This document shows positions 1-9,401 of a stretch of 64,000 nt of DNA, in pieces. The position numbers and the translations under genes were made by a program. Source of the DNA: a bacterium (GTDB lineage Bacteria > UBA8248); assembly GCA_963692865.2 (NCBI GenBank), contig OY843592.1, positions 3,136,001 through 3,200,000 on the forward strand, read 5' to 3'. Each line of letters starts with the position of its first letter. The first letter of the stretch is position 1. The notes beneath the pieces are model-generated. The model did no database searches and had not been told where the DNA came from. It worked only from the letters and a program-made list of their open reading frames with translations.

Positions 1-809
1 CGGGCGCGGCCATCGGCGCCGCGCTTTGCGGCATGCGGCCCGTGGTGGAGTTCCAGTTCGCCGATTTCGTCACCGAATCCTACAAGATGATCGTGGATTT
101 CGCCGCCGGCAACCACTACCGGCAGATGGGGCCTGTGCCCATCGTCCTGCGCCTGCCCGCCGCCGCGCTCGTGAGCGCGGGGCCGTTCCACAGCCAGAAC
201 CCCGAGATATGGTTCTTCGGAACGCCGGGCCTCAAGATCGTCGCCCCCACCACCGCCCGCGACGCCAAGGGGATGCTCAAGGGAGCGATAAGAGACCCCA
301 ACCCCGTCATCTTCATGGAGTACAAGAAGTTCTACAACTACCCGGTGGACGAGTTGCCCGAGGTGCTGAGGCCAGAGATTCCAGAGGACGACTACACCGT
401 GCCCTTCGGCCAGGCGAAAACCCTGCGCGAGGGGGACGACGTATCGCTCATCACCTTCGGCACCACCGTGCTGGAAGCCCTCGAAGCGGCGGAGGTGCTC
501 GAGGGTGACGGCGTGTCGGTCGAGGTGGTCGATCTCAGAACCCTGGTGCCGCTCGATAAAGAGGCCATCCTCGAAAGCGTGAAGAAGACGGGGAAAATCC
601 TCTTCCTGCACGAAGCGAGAAAACGGGGCGGCGTGGGCGGAGAGCTGGCCGCCATCGTGAGCGAGGAGGTCTTCGAGTACCTCGACGCCCCCGTCCGCCG
701 GGTCGGCGCGCCCGACGCCCACGTGCCGCTCAGCCCCCCGCTCGAGCGCGCCTACCTGCCCAGCACCGAGAAGGTGGTGAGCGAACTGCGCGATCTCGCC
801 GCGTTCTAG
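1..809 (+). CDS. 2-oxoacid (pyruvate/branched-chain) dehydrogenase E1 beta subunit, 5'-truncated by window
   Basis: Frame is open from base 3 (GAAIGAALCGMRPVVEFQFADF); GPFHSQ, DPNPVIFME and VDLRTLVPLD transketolase-C/E1-beta motifs. Confidence 0.93.
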   Translation, partial: GAAIGAALCGMRPVVEFQFADFVTESYKMIVDFAAGNHYRQMGPVPIVLRLPAAALVSAGPFHSQNPEIWFFGTPGLKIVAPTTARDAKGMLKGAIRDPNPVIFMEYKKFYNYPVDELPEVLRPEIPEDDYTVPFGQAKTLREGDDVSLITFGTTVLEALEAAEVLEGDGVSVEVVDLRTLVPLDKEAILESVKKTGKILFLHEARKRGGVGGELAAIVSEEVFEYLDAPVRRVGAPDAHVPLSPPLERAYLPSTEKVVSELRDLAAF

Positions 810-821
810 CCGCCGCCTCAT

Positions 822-1169
822 GGGGCTGTTGAAAAAGTCCTCCTTTTAGGGGGTAAAGGGGACGCCCCTCTCGACCGGAAAAACACCCCCCTACCCCCTT
901 TGACGGGGGGGATATGAAAAAGCAATGCGCTCCCCGCCGAGGCGATAACTCCCTCCTCGGTCGGTTTTGACCCCTGTCAAAGGGGGTGGAGGGTTGATTT
1001 CGAGCCGAGGCAGGGCACGCGGTCCTTCCCGCCGGCATTCAAACAAAGAGTCCGCCGATCTTGCAGCGGACAGGCTCCCGCGCCTGTCCGGCTAAGCAAA
1101 ACGAGACAGGGTTGCAGGGGCGGACCCTTGTGTCCGCCCACCCGTGCAACAGGCTTCTTCAACAACCCC
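822..1169. repeat. Left MITE-like unit with REP-like hairpin
   Basis: Ends GGGGCTGTTGAAAAA / TTCTTCAACAACCCC; internal CCCCCTTTGACGGGGG and CCCCTGTCAAAGGGGG inverted pair; GCAGGGGCGGACCCTTGTGTCCGCCC hairpin; 1082-1169 closely matches 22024-22111. Confidence 0.75.
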
Positions 1170-1280
1170 GGCAGGGGAGCGGCTTGAAGTGGTTTAGGCG
1201 CGTGGCGGCTCTTGTGTGGCGGGTCACTTTCGGTAAAGATGCGACTCGACTTGTTTCCCCTGCTCGTTCAGGACTTATCC

Positions 1281-1886
1281 ATGCCCATCATCCGGCAGAC
1301 GCCCGATATCTCGAAATTCAATCCCGACATCGAGTTGCCGTATCAGCTTCGACGGGATGATTTCATGCTGGTCATGCAAGACGTCTACGATTTCTTTTTC
1401 GACGTAAACACGCATTTGTTCGATAAGGGCATCAAGCGCCTGGATGAAATGCTTCGACCCGCCGCCATGTCCGGGCTGATCTCCGACATGATTTCGGCGA
1501 GCATGGCGCAACACTCCCGTACCTTAGTCGAGAACCGCTATCACAACGGTCATCCGGACCTCATCGTGAACGCTATATATCCCAATGATTCAGTGAAGGC
1601 CGGAGAGGAAGGCGTCGAGGTGAAAAGCACGCGAAAGCCAGGCGGAGCGGTCGATACGCACGGTGCGAGGGAACAATGGATGTGCGTCTTCGTTTATCGG
1701 GTCGACAACAAGACGGAACCCGCCGTGGATCGCGCCGCAATGAAATTTTCAGAAGTCTATCTCGGCTACGTCACCGTGGATGATTTTCGAAAAAATCCGC
1801 GAGGCGAACTCGGGACCAGAACGGCTACCTTGAACAGAGAGGGCATTCGAAAGCTCCGGCGCAGTTGGGTGTATCTGGACACCTGA
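1281..1886 (+). CDS. Putative type II restriction endonuclease (PD-(D/E)xK)
   Basis: HNGHPDLI...GVEVKST nuclease motif; convergent with and overlapping a DNA methyltransferase; ATG at 1281 follows AGGA. Confidence 0.7.
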   Translation: MPIIRQTPDISKFNPDIELPYQLRRDDFMLVMQDVYDFFFDVNTHLFDKGIKRLDEMLRPAAMSGLISDMISASMAQHSRTLVENRYHNGHPDLIVNAIYPNDSVKAGEEGVEVKSTRKPGGAVDTHGAREQWMCVFVYRVDNKTEPAVDRAAMKFSEVYLGYVTVDDFRKNPRGELGTRTATLNREGIRKLRRSWVYLDT

Positions 1887-2787
1887 TCGCCTGGAGCTTC
1901 GGTATGGCCTGTTCCGCGAGTTCCACGTATCGCTCCGAGGATTCGACGCCGATGCTTCGGTAGCCGATGTGATTGGCGGCGGCGAGCGTCGAACCCGAAC
2001 CTGAGAACGGGTCGAGTATCACGCCCTTTTCCAGCGGCAGGGCGGCGCGGACCAATTGCCGCAAAAACGCCTGTGGCTTCAGGGATGGATGCGGCGCCAG
2101 GCGTTTCTCCGATGTCCTGGTCGGATGCGACGAGATGACATCGCCGAATGGTTTGTCGTTTGAGATTCGTCGGAGTCCGCCGGTTCCCCATTTTCGCAAA
2201 TTGTCCTGAACGCGACCCTCCAAGGGTTTGCGGAACAACAACCATGGTTCGGCCATCGAGCGAGGCATCACCGTGACGCCCGAGAATTCTTCGTGCGCGT
2301 TCTTCGGGCGGTCGCCGCCGCGCATCGTCATGACGAGTCGAGTGATGACGCCCCGGGTTTCCAGGCCCGCGGCGTCGAGCGCGGATGCGACGATGTGAGA
2401 GACCAAGGGATTGGACGCCATGAAGACATGAGCGCCGGGCACCATGGCTTTCGATGCGCTACGACCGAAACGCTCGAAAAATTCATACATGTTTTCGAGA
2501 TCGGAAGCGCTCAAGGTAGTGAAGCGAGGAAGTGGTGAACGCCGGCAACCATCGAAGGATGGCGGCATTCTCCAGACCCCGCCTTTGCCCTTGAGAAGCT
2601 TGCGTTGCTCTTTTTCCGTGTATTCGACCAAGCCATAGGGCGGGTCCGTCACGATAGCGTGAATGCTGTTCTCGCGGCAGCTTTCCAACCATTCGAAACA
2701 ATCTTCATGATATAAAGCCGCTTTGCCGTGAACGAATATGGGTTTGGCTACTTCACATGTTTTCTCGACAATGGAGGCCATGCTCAT
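1825..2787 (-). CDS. Site-specific DNA methyltransferase, N6-A/N4-C, beta-class motif order
   Basis: IVTDPPY precedes HPSLKP and ILDPFSGSGST; start codon uncertain (2787, 2779 region or further upstream). Confidence 0.9.
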   Translation of the reverse strand: MSMASIVEKTCEVAKPIFVHGKAALYHEDCFEWLESCRENSIHAIVTDPPYGLVEYTEKEQRKLLKGKGGVWRMPPSFDGCRRSPLPRFTTLSASDLENMYEFFERFGRSASKAMVPGAHVFMASNPLVSHIVASALDAAGLETRGVITRLVMTMRGGDRPKNAHEEFSGVTVMPRSMAEPWLLFRKPLEGRVQDNLRKWGTGGLRRISNDKPFGDVISSHPTRTSEKRLAPHPSLKPQAFLRQLVRAALPLEKGVILDPFSGSGSTLAAANHIGYRSIGVESSERYVELAEQAIPKLQAIRCPDTPNCAGAFECPLCSR

Positions 2788-3072
2788 CAGTTTCGCATTC
2801 AAGCTGGTGGCGACTATGCCCGGGGCGTTTGAACGTGTGGGGTTATTATTACAGATGGGCGAACAAAAGTCAAAATAATGGGTTGCTTTTGCTTCTGTCG
2901 CATTTACATTCTTGAATAGAAATATCACCATCCACCCCATTCAGGCAAGCAGTCGTTTCGTCTTGCGTGGCGGCGAGAGAATATTTCTCGAGTTGAAGTT
3001 CGCAAGATGCGCATCACTTCCCTTCTGGGGTAGGGATTGACCTTACTCAATTGGAACAATCCCTCTCTATCC

Positions 3073-3303
3073 GGGGCTGTTGAAACAGCGAAAAGGCGCC
3101 CCCGATGAGAGGGAAACCCCATCAAGGTACCCCCCTACCCCCCTTGACGGGCCTGTTGAAAAAGGCCCTCGACGCAGGAAAACCACCGTCATTCCGGCGA
3201 AAGCCGGAATGACGACGGTGGCCGGCTTCGGCCGGTGAGGAAGGTCGAACCCGATTGATGAATGAGGGTTCGACCGAGCAAGGAGGATTTTTTCAACAAC
3301 CCC
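3073..3303. repeat. Right MITE-like unit (two nested left-type ends, one right end)
   Basis: GGGGCTGTTGAAAC at 3073, GGGCCTGTTGAAAAAG at 3149, TTTTTCAACAACCCC ending 3303; ACCCCCCTACCCCCCTTGACGGG shared with ~884-907; hairpin CGTCATTCCGGCGAAAGCCGGAATGACG. Confidence 0.7.
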
Positions 3304-3377
3304 CTCATCTGGCGCATTTCCGGTTTTTCGAGTAAAACGGATTTTCGATTTTCTCCATCACGTTCGAGGAAGCATCC

Positions 3378-4652
3378 ATGTACACCGCGCGCATCAGAAT
3401 GCCCCGCATGGGAACCAGCGTGCACGAGAGCACGGTGGTCGAGTGGAAGAAGGCGGTGGGCGAGAAGGTGGCGAAGGGCGAGGCGCTCCTCTCCGCGGAG
3501 AGCGACAAGGTGGAGTTCGAGGTCGAGGCCCCCGCCGACGGCGTGATTACGGAGATTTTGGCGGAAGCGGATCAGACGGTACCCGTGGGCGAGGTGCTCG
3601 CGACCATGGAGACCGAAACCGAGGTCGCGGACGAGACGCCCGAGGCGGATTCGGGCGCGAGCGACTGGGCGGCCCCGGTCGCGCCGCTCAAGCCGAGGGA
3701 GAAGCCCGTCATCCCGGCGGCCCGTGTGGAAAAAACGCCGCGCCCCTCGGGAGAGGGGAAAACCTGGCTCTCCCCGCGCGTTCAGAGCCTCGCCGCCGCG
3801 CACGGCGTCGGGCTGGGCGTAATCGCGGGAATCGAGGGCACGGGCGCGGGAGGGAGGATAAGCGCGCGCGACGTGGAGGCGTTCATCACAGGCGGCGGCG
3901 CGCCGCCCAGAATCGAGATGTCCCGGGAGCCGCTGAGCGAGGATAAAGAAGAACGCACGGAACCCCTCGGCAGGGTCAGGAAGCGCATCGCCGAGAACCT
4001 CACCCGCTCGGTGCGCGAAATTCCCCAGGTCACAAGCTGGCTGGAAGTCGACATGAGCGGGGTATCGGCCTTTCGGGATGCGAACAAGCAGGCGTTTCGC
4101 GAAAAACACGGCGTGAACCTCACCTACACGCCCTTTTTCATCATGGCCATCGTCCACGCCTTGAGAAGCGAAGAAAACGAACGCTTCAACGCCACTTTTC
4201 AGGACGACGCCCTTACGGTAAAGCGCTACCTGAACCTCGGCGTCGCCGTGGACTCCCCGGGCGGCCTGGTGGTGCCCGTCTTGAAATCCGCGGATTCGAT
4301 GAACCTGGTGGAGCTCTCGGCCCGGCTCGACAATATGGCGGCCCGCGCGCGCGAGGGCGCGCTCACGCCAGAGGACGTCCGGGGCGGGACGCTCACGCTC
4401 ACCAATTTCGGCGCTTCGGGCGCATTGGGCGGAAACCCCATCATCAACCCGCCCGAGGTCGCAATTATCGGCACCGGCGCCATCGCGCTCCGCCCCGTGG
4501 CGCTCCCGAACGGCGCGACCTCGGTTCGGCCCGTCATGATACTGGCGATCACCTTCGACCACCGCGTGAACGACGGCATGGCGGCGGGCCGGTTCGTCTC
4601 GGACGTCCGCGCGGCGCTCGAGAACATGGATTTATCCCTTTTGGAATACTGA
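3378..4652 (+). CDS. Dihydrolipoamide acyltransferase (E2)
   Basis: Lipoyl domain ESDKVEFEV, subunit-binding GTGAGGRIS, catalytic DHRVNDG. Confidence 0.93.
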   Translation: MYTARIRMPRMGTSVHESTVVEWKKAVGEKVAKGEALLSAESDKVEFEVEAPADGVITEILAEADQTVPVGEVLATMETETEVADETPEADSGASDWAAPVAPLKPREKPVIPAARVEKTPRPSGEGKTWLSPRVQSLAAAHGVGLGVIAGIEGTGAGGRISARDVEAFITGGGAPPRIEMSREPLSEDKEERTEPLGRVRKRIAENLTRSVREIPQVTSWLEVDMSGVSAFRDANKQAFREKHGVNLTYTPFFIMAIVHALRSEENERFNATFQDDALTVKRYLNLGVAVDSPGGLVVPVLKSADSMNLVELSARLDNMAARAREGALTPEDVRGGTLTLTNFGASGALGGNPIINPPEVAIIGTGAIALRPVALPNGATSVRPVMILAITFDHRVNDGMAAGRFVSDVRAALENMDLSLLEY

Positions 4653-4724
4653 ATACGGAAACCCCGACACTTTCGTTCCTTTGCTTCCGGCAAGAGACCA
4701 AGACGACAAGGAGTAAGAAATCCC

Positions 4725-5639
4725 ATGGCCAGACCAGACATCGACACCCCCTTGCGCTCCATGCTCTTCATCCCCGGTTCGAGCGAGAAGATGGTGGGCA
4801 AAGGCCCCGCCGTCGAGGCGGACGCCGCCCTGTTCGATCTCGAGGACTCCGTCGCCCCCCAGATGAAGGAAGCGGCGCGCGAACTCGTGCGCGCCGGCAT
4901 CGCGGAGACTTACGAAGCGCCCGGCGGACCCTCCACGGTTCTCGTGCGCGTGAACGACGTGGAATCGGGCATGCTCGAAGAGGACATCGACGCCATCATG
5001 ACGGAGGGACTCGACGGCATCTTCCTGCCAAAGCCCGAGAGCGCGGCGGACGTGCGGACGGCGGACGCGCTCTTGGCGAAATACGAGCGCGAGCGCGGGC
5101 TGGAAGAAGGCGGTATCGGCATCATCGCGCAGATAGAGAGCGCCTCGGGCGTGGTGCACTGCTACGACATCTGCAAGGCGGCGGATCGCGTGGTGGGCGT
5201 GAATCTGGGGAGCGCGGAGGATGCGGACCTCTGCCGCAGCCTGGGAGCCACCTGGACCGAAGACGGCACGACGCTCCTCTACACGCGCAGCAAGGTGCTC
5301 GTCGAGGCGCGGGCGGCGCGGCTGCCCCACCCCACCGACGGCGTCTACATGCGGTTGCAGGACGACGAGGGCTGCCGGGCGGACGCGGAGTTCGCCAAAA
5401 AACTCGGCTACACCGGCAAGGCAGCCATCCATCCCAGACAGGCGCCGATTTTCAACGACGTCTACTCGCCGGGCGAGGCGGAAATCTCCTACTACACCGA
5501 GATGGCCGAAGCCTACCGCGAGGGCGAGGCGCAAGGGCTGGGCGCCGTCTCCTTCCGGGGGAAGATGATCGACGTCGCCATGGTCAAGCACGCCGATAAC
5601 GTGCTCGCGCGCGCGCGCGCCATCGCCGAAAGAGCATAG
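4725..5639 (+). CDS. CitE/HpcH-family CoA ester lyase
   Basis: RSMLFIPG, DLEDSV, GYTGKAAIHPRQ, GKMID motifs. Confidence 0.9.
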   Translation: MARPDIDTPLRSMLFIPGSSEKMVGKGPAVEADAALFDLEDSVAPQMKEAARELVRAGIAETYEAPGGPSTVLVRVNDVESGMLEEDIDAIMTEGLDGIFLPKPESAADVRTADALLAKYERERGLEEGGIGIIAQIESASGVVHCYDICKAADRVVGVNLGSAEDADLCRSLGATWTEDGTTLLYTRSKVLVEARAARLPHPTDGVYMRLQDDEGCRADAEFAKKLGYTGKAAIHPRQAPIFNDVYSPGEAEISYYTEMAEAYREGEAQGLGAVSFRGKMIDVAMVKHADNVLARARAIAERA

Positions 5640-5649
5640 GCGCAAGCAA

Positions 5650-6675
5650 ATGGCGGACGCGACAGACCCCGCCGAGCATTTCTTCGCGCAGCCCTGGTCC
5701 GACGGCCTGCCCGTCGTGGTCCCGACCGAAGAACATCTGGCGGACATGCTCGCCGGCCACGCGCCGGATAAACTCATCGGCCACGTGCCGCCCGCGAACC
5801 ATCCCGCGACGATGGAAGCCGTCGCGCTCCACGCCGTGATGGCGGGTTGTAAGCCCGAATATCTTCCCGCGCTCGTCTGCGCCCTCTCGTGCATTCTCGA
5901 CGCGCGCTTCAACATGAACGGCATCCAGGCGACGATGAACCCGGCAGGCCCCCTCATCGTCATGAACGGCCCCTACCCGCGCGAGATAGGCGTGCACGGC
6001 GGCACGGGCTGCCTGGGGCCGGGATTTCGCGCCAACGCGACCATCGGCCGCGCGCTCAGGCTCATGCTCCTGAACCTGGGAGGCGGGATTCCCGGCGTGG
6101 TGGACATGAGCACCTTCGGCAGCCCGAGCAAGTTCGCCTATTGCCTGCGCGAGAACGAGGAAATCAGCCCCTGGCCCTCGCTGGCCGAGGAGCGCGGATT
6201 CGGGCGGGAAAAAAACGTCGTCACCGCCTGCGCGGGAGAGGGTCCGCGCGTCGCGCTCGATGATTCGAGCGATCACGCAGACGGCGTGCTCACCACGATT
6301 GCGAGCACCATCGCCACCATGGGCACGCGCCACGCCTACTCGCGCGTGGGACTCACCGTCGTCATGGGGCCGGAGCACGCGCAACTCCTCGCCGACCACG
6401 GATACAGCCGCGAGGATGCGAAAAAAGGCCTCGCGGAACGCGCCGGCCTGCCCGTGGGCCTGTTAAAGCGCGGCGGCCGCTACCGGGGGAAAGAGAAGAG
6501 CGAGTGGCCCGCGTGGGTGGATCACGACGACGACGATTGCATGGCGCCCATGATCAGAGAGCCGGAAGACGTCACCCTCCTGGTGGCGGGCGGCCTGCCC
6601 GGGCCCTCCTCGTTCATCATCCCGGGATGGAACGACACCAGCCGCCCCGTCTCGAAGGCGTTCGTCGTGGAGTAG
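5650..6675 (+). CDS. Conserved hypothetical protein (family often linked to UGSC-type thioredoxin-like selenoproteins)
   Basis: DGLPVVVPT, AVMAGCKPEY, GPGFRANATIGRA, LLVAGG motifs; family link recalled, not searched. Confidence 0.6.
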   Translation: MADATDPAEHFFAQPWSDGLPVVVPTEEHLADMLAGHAPDKLIGHVPPANHPATMEAVALHAVMAGCKPEYLPALVCALSCILDARFNMNGIQATMNPAGPLIVMNGPYPREIGVHGGTGCLGPGFRANATIGRALRLMLLNLGGGIPGVVDMSTFGSPSKFAYCLRENEEISPWPSLAEERGFGREKNVVTACAGEGPRVALDDSSDHADGVLTTIASTIATMGTRHAYSRVGLTVVMGPEHAQLLADHGYSREDAKKGLAERAGLPVGLLKRGGRYRGKEKSEWPAWVDHDDDDCMAPMIREPEDVTLLVAGGLPGPSSFIIPGWNDTSRPVSKAFVVE

Positions 6676-7016
6676 ATAAAGGGAAAATCTCGTCGACTTG
6701 ATGCGGAGATCAGCATCATCTCCAAATTAGAGATTTAGGCTCCTCTTTCCCATCACTTGACAAACCAAAGCATCCTCTTTGACAATACTCCTTGCCAGAT
6801 AATCCATAGATTGACCTGCTAGTCGGGTCGCCCGCGGAATAAAAGACCGCTTTCTTGCGGGAATACGCGGGAACCCACCAAAGAATCTGTGGATTGTCTG
6901 GCAACCGGCCCGAGTTAATCGGGGCGGGCAGAATGCGTTTGCTCACCGGGCAAAAGCAAAATGAAAAAACGGGAATGAAATTTACGACCCTCCCTTCAAT
7001 GCAAAAGGAGTCTACC

Positions 7017-9296
7017 GTGTTCCCAAAAACCATTAGATTCTCGTCTTTTGCAGGAACAATGGCGTTGGTGGCCGCATTATATGCTTGCGGCGGAGGTGGC
7101 GGCTCCGGCAAGGCGCCGGCGCCCATGCCTACGCCGACGCCGACGCCTACGCCGACCCCCAAGGAAGTGACCCACCTGCGTCAAGCGGCAAGGGCCGTCC
7201 CGCAACTCGGAAGAAGAAGCGTCACGCAATCCACCAACACCGACAGCAACAACGTCACAACGGACACGGCCGAGGCCGTGTTCGATTACGGACAAATGAC
7301 GTTGACCGTGAAGCGGCAGGATGGAACCAGCTTTTCACTCGACAGCAGCACGGATACGCTTGGGACCTCCCCGGCTACTCCGGTTCGGAGCGGGCAGAAC
7401 GCCCGCGAGTGGTCGCTGCGAAAAAGTTATCCCAATGCCGCCGCGCAAGCCCGTGTTCACGGCGAGGCGCCGACCAATGAATTTCCATTACGCGCCATTC
7501 ACGCTGCGGGGAATTGGGCAACGAACTCGGAGGCTGCTCAAGCTTGGGAAGCCAGTGACCGGAAGGATCCTCTGGTGCCTCTGGATCATATCGCGTACCT
7601 CAAAAGCTTGAACGTAAACCGGGTTGGACTCTCGGTCGCTCTTCATTACGACGACAGCATGGACAGCACGGTGGAGCGCGTGTATTCCGGCGTAGAGATT
7701 CCTACTTTTACTGATGACGCTCTCAGGCAATTCATAAGAGAATTCAGATCTCACGGTATCGACGTGTACCTGACCTTGGCATTCGAGGCTCATGAGGCCG
7801 AAAAAGCCGAGCGCCCCGTGCGCAGATGGCAACTCGGGGATCCGGGACATTCGGAAACGGGCGTTCCGCCTGACGACCCGAATGTCTTCGGGCGGATATC
7901 GAAAGATTTTTGGCCCTGGAATCCAAACCACCCGGATCACCAGCGGTTTGTCGCCGAGTTCTTCAAGACCTTGGCGGATCAGGCGGTGCATTTCGCCCGG
8001 ATCGCACAAGAGGAAGGCGTGAAATTGTATTCGTTGGGAACGGAGACCGAACGACTTTTCCGGACCCGTTCGGGAGGTTATTTCACCAATGATTTCAGGC
8101 GGGAACTCGAATCGATGGTGGCCAGAGTACGCGCCGTATACACCGGCGATTTGACCTATGACATGCACTATACGGCGCTCACGGCTCCTGACTTCTACGG
8201 GCCGGGTTCAAACCATCTATGGGAAGATTTGGATCTCGATATCGTGGGCGTCAGCGCGTATTTTCCTTTGGCGGATTCTCCTCCGTCCACCGTCATGAGT
8301 GTCGAAAGTCTTCAGGCAACATGGGAGAAGATATTCAAGGAGCGCCTCATTCCTCTTGCGCAAAGAAACCCTGGCCGCCCGGTTGTGTTCCTCGAACACG
8401 GCGCTCCTGACATTGTAGGAGCCCCTGGCTCTCCGGGCACGCCGTATCTCGGAGCATCCGTATTTACGGACACGAACGGCAACGGACTGGATGACGGCCA
8501 GGAAACCCAGGCCAACATGTACCAAGCGCTGCTCAACACCATGAAGAAATACCCCGGCGTCGTCGATGGCGTCTTCTGGTGGGATAACTGGATAGCCAGT
8601 GATTCTAAGTGGGCAGCATATTGGGCAACCCATCGCGGTTACGATATCCGTGGAAAGCTTTCAGAGGACGTCGTTCGATCTACTTACGAGTCTTGGGCCG
8701 ATTGGCTGACTGGCGGCTATTGGATGCACGTCTCCGACAATCTGGATTTGGTTGACGCGGGCGCGTTTGTCGATGGGCCGGAACTAAGCGGAACCCCGGC
8801 GCTGCCATCCCTCGGCGCCGCCACCTACCAAGGATTCGCAACCGGCGGGTTCGCCGCCGTATACGGCACAGACTATCCCGATGTAACCGCAGGATCGCAT
8901 GAAGTCGGAGAATACGAGGGGCAATTGCGGCTTACGGCCGACTTTGAGGCGCGGCGCATCAGCGGGCAAGTCACTTCGATATCCGTGAGCGGCATTCACA
9001 CCCCAGCAGGGGGAGGATCACGCCCGTTCGCCGACATTTCCGTGCCGTATGAGTTCAATCTTGAAGCAACCAGTTTCGACACCAGAGGATTTACGGGAGC
9101 AACGACCGTGGCATCGACGGACCCGGGAATCGGGATTGCCGATTCAGGCGGCTCCTGGGGCGGAAAGTTTTCCATCGTGCCCGATGGTGACGGCAACCCG
9201 CGAGTCGTGGCCGGAACGCATGGCGAGGAGTTCACTACGACCGGGGGCACCAAGGCCGGCTTCATCGGAGCGTTCATGGGGGCTACCGGGCGATAG
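7017..9296 (+). CDS. Surface lipoprotein with central GH113/GTA-like TIM barrel and C-terminal TbpB-like beta barrel
   Basis: AAGGAG then GTG at 7017; lipobox ALYA-C-GGGGG; Pro-Thr linker; SLGTE, DIVGVSAYFPL, VFLEHG and GVFWW clan-A GH-like motifs; C-terminal LTADF, GSWGGKF and GAFMG. Confidence 0.65.
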   Translation: MFPKTIRFSSFAGTMALVAALYACGGGGGSGKAPAPMPTPTPTPTPTPKEVTHLRQAARAVPQLGRRSVTQSTNTDSNNVTTDTAEAVFDYGQMTLTVKRQDGTSFSLDSSTDTLGTSPATPVRSGQNAREWSLRKSYPNAAAQARVHGEAPTNEFPLRAIHAAGNWATNSEAAQAWEASDRKDPLVPLDHIAYLKSLNVNRVGLSVALHYDDSMDSTVERVYSGVEIPTFTDDALRQFIREFRSHGIDVYLTLAFEAHEAEKAERPVRRWQLGDPGHSETGVPPDDPNVFGRISKDFWPWNPNHPDHQRFVAEFFKTLADQAVHFARIAQEEGVKLYSLGTETERLFRTRSGGYFTNDFRRELESMVARVRAVYTGDLTYDMHYTALTAPDFYGPGSNHLWEDLDLDIVGVSAYFPLADSPPSTVMSVESLQATWEKIFKERLIPLAQRNPGRPVVFLEHGAPDIVGAPGSPGTPYLGASVFTDTNGNGLDDGQETQANMYQALLNTMKKYPGVVDGVFWWDNWIASDSKWAAYWATHRGYDIRGKLSEDVVRSTYESWADWLTGGYWMHVSDNLDLVDAGAFVDGPELSGTPALPSLGAATYQGFATGGFAAVYGTDYPDVTAGSHEVGEYEGQLRLTADFEARRISGQVTSISVSGIHTPAGGGSRPFADISVPYEFNLEATSFDTRGFTGATTVASTDPGIGIADSGGSWGGKFSIVPDGDGNPRVVAGTHGEEFTTTGGTKAGFIGAFMGATGR

Positions 9297-9401
9297 ATGC
9301 GACCGCCTGGTGAAATGCCTGAATAGGTAATTGTTCAAAAATTTTCGATTGGAGGAAACCCCAATGAAAAAAAATGCACCCGACTGACGCGGAAAACAGC
9401 G

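Larger units (their letters stand above)
822..3303. mobile_element. Non-autonomous composite element (MITE-bounded cassette) carrying an R-M pair
   Basis: Left end GGGGCTGTTGAAAAAGTCCTCCTT (822-845) and right end AAGGAGGATTTTTTCAACAACCCC (3280-3303) form an inverted repeat with 22/24 matches; CTCAT flanks both ends (817-821, 3304-3308); no transposase inside. Confidence 0.75.

Noticed and set aside
6800-6960. Riboswitch in the lipoprotein leader (GGCAACC resembles part of SAM-I)
   Set aside because: The other conserved SAM-I elements are not found; an Rfam scan would be needed.
7120-7160. Short tandem repeat ACGCCG
   Set aside because: It encodes an ordinary in-frame Pro-Thr linker.
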